Of a DNA stretch of 20,000 nt, positions 19,537 to 20,000 are shown piece after piece. This stretch comes from Chiloscyllium plagiosum. Lineage: Eukaryota. Position 1 is the stretch's first letter. Every line of letters starts with the position of its first letter. The translations under genes and the position numbers were made by a program. The stretch is taken from the NCBI RefSeq assembly GCF_004010195.1, contig NC_057757.1:2371807-2391806 (forward strand). Direction: 5' to 3'. The notes beneath the pieces were generated by a model. It was not told the origin of the DNA. It saw only the letters and a list, made by a program, of their open reading frames with translations, and did no database searches.

Positions 19537-20000
19537 GAACCTGCATAGTTACTGCCTTTGCTGTTTAAATTCGTGTATCGCTGGACATCAGAGTACATCT
19601 GGGGAATATTAACAAAGAGTGAAATTCACAACTAATCTTGGAGGAACTGTTGGGCAAAGTTCACAGCACAGAATCCGATAAGTTCATTGTTGTTTTAAGT
19701 CTGTCCAAGAGAGAGGCTGCAGTAGTGAGTACAGTGGATTCTTTCTTGATTATATGTTTTTGGAGATAAGTCTCTTGATTAAACTTAAAATATAAGCCAT
19801 AGCTATTAATTTAACCTGGGGCAGTGTTTGTAGAGGAATAAGAACTGTGTTATTTTCTGGGTCTGTAGATTGTGAAGGAACAAAAATGGCCTTTGCAGTG
19901 ATATGTACTTCTTGTCAGATGTGGGAGTTTAAAGAGAGTTTAAGGGTTACTGCGGATTATAGCTGCCATAAATGCTGTTGGATGCAAATCTTATCAGATC
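19425..20000 (+). mobile_element. Putative 5' UTR and ORF1 start of a CR1 LINE, running off the window
   Basis: ATG at 19886 opens MAFAVICTSCQMWEFKESLRVTADYSCHKCCWMQILSD, a CxxC-x16-CxxC N-terminus like shark CR1 ORF1. The 5' boundary is a guess. Confidence 0.7.
19471..19532 (+). repeat. (GA)31 microsatellite
   Basis: Direct reading of the sequence. Confidence 0.98.

Noticed and set aside
19149..19568. ORFs 19149-19355, 19347-19568 and 19352-19546
   Set aside because: No family motifs; two of them simply translate the (GA)n tract.
7663..20000. The upstream extracellular-domain exon of the cyclase
   Set aside because: No matching peptide found. Candidate donors near 10215 and 18408 have stops just upstream in the required phase, so the exon probably lies beyond the window.
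1..20000. An intact hammerhead ribozyme or a novel multi-gene system
   Set aside because: No CTGANGA-stem-GAAA arrangement was seen intact by eye. All long ORFs are explained by L1, CR1 or the cyclase exons.

Overview
Vertebrate genomic DNA, very probably from a shark: HE1/V-SINEs and HER1/CR1 LINEs point to an elasmobranch, and an orectolobiform such as a bamboo shark is my inference. The window is an intron-rich part of a retinal-type membrane guanylyl cyclase gene on the minus strand (GUCY2D/GC-E-like). Four phase-compatible coding exons are readable: 7662-7308 (end of the extracellular domain), 5827-5743 (transmembrane helix), 3673-3577 and 1203-1072 (juxtamembrane region and start of the kinase-homology domain). 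The introns are largely transposon-derived. They hold a ~6 kb 5'-truncated, disrupted L1 (12164-18155) with a nested CR1 and an internal 142-bp duplication, many CR1 3' fragments, and the 5' end of a CR1 at the right edge. They also hold six HE1 SINEs (four with an amplified 53-bp unit), Deu-domain SINE relics (one with a 33-bp minisatellite), a second tRNA-SINE family, Tx1, Rex and L2-like fragments, a solo-LTR-like element, Penelope-like inverted repeats and a local duplication. I found no convincing novel biological system. The most notable items are the split gene that the ORF track hides, SINE-internal minisatellite amplification and several unusual retrotransposition products. Repeat family names are recognised from memory and need database confirmation.
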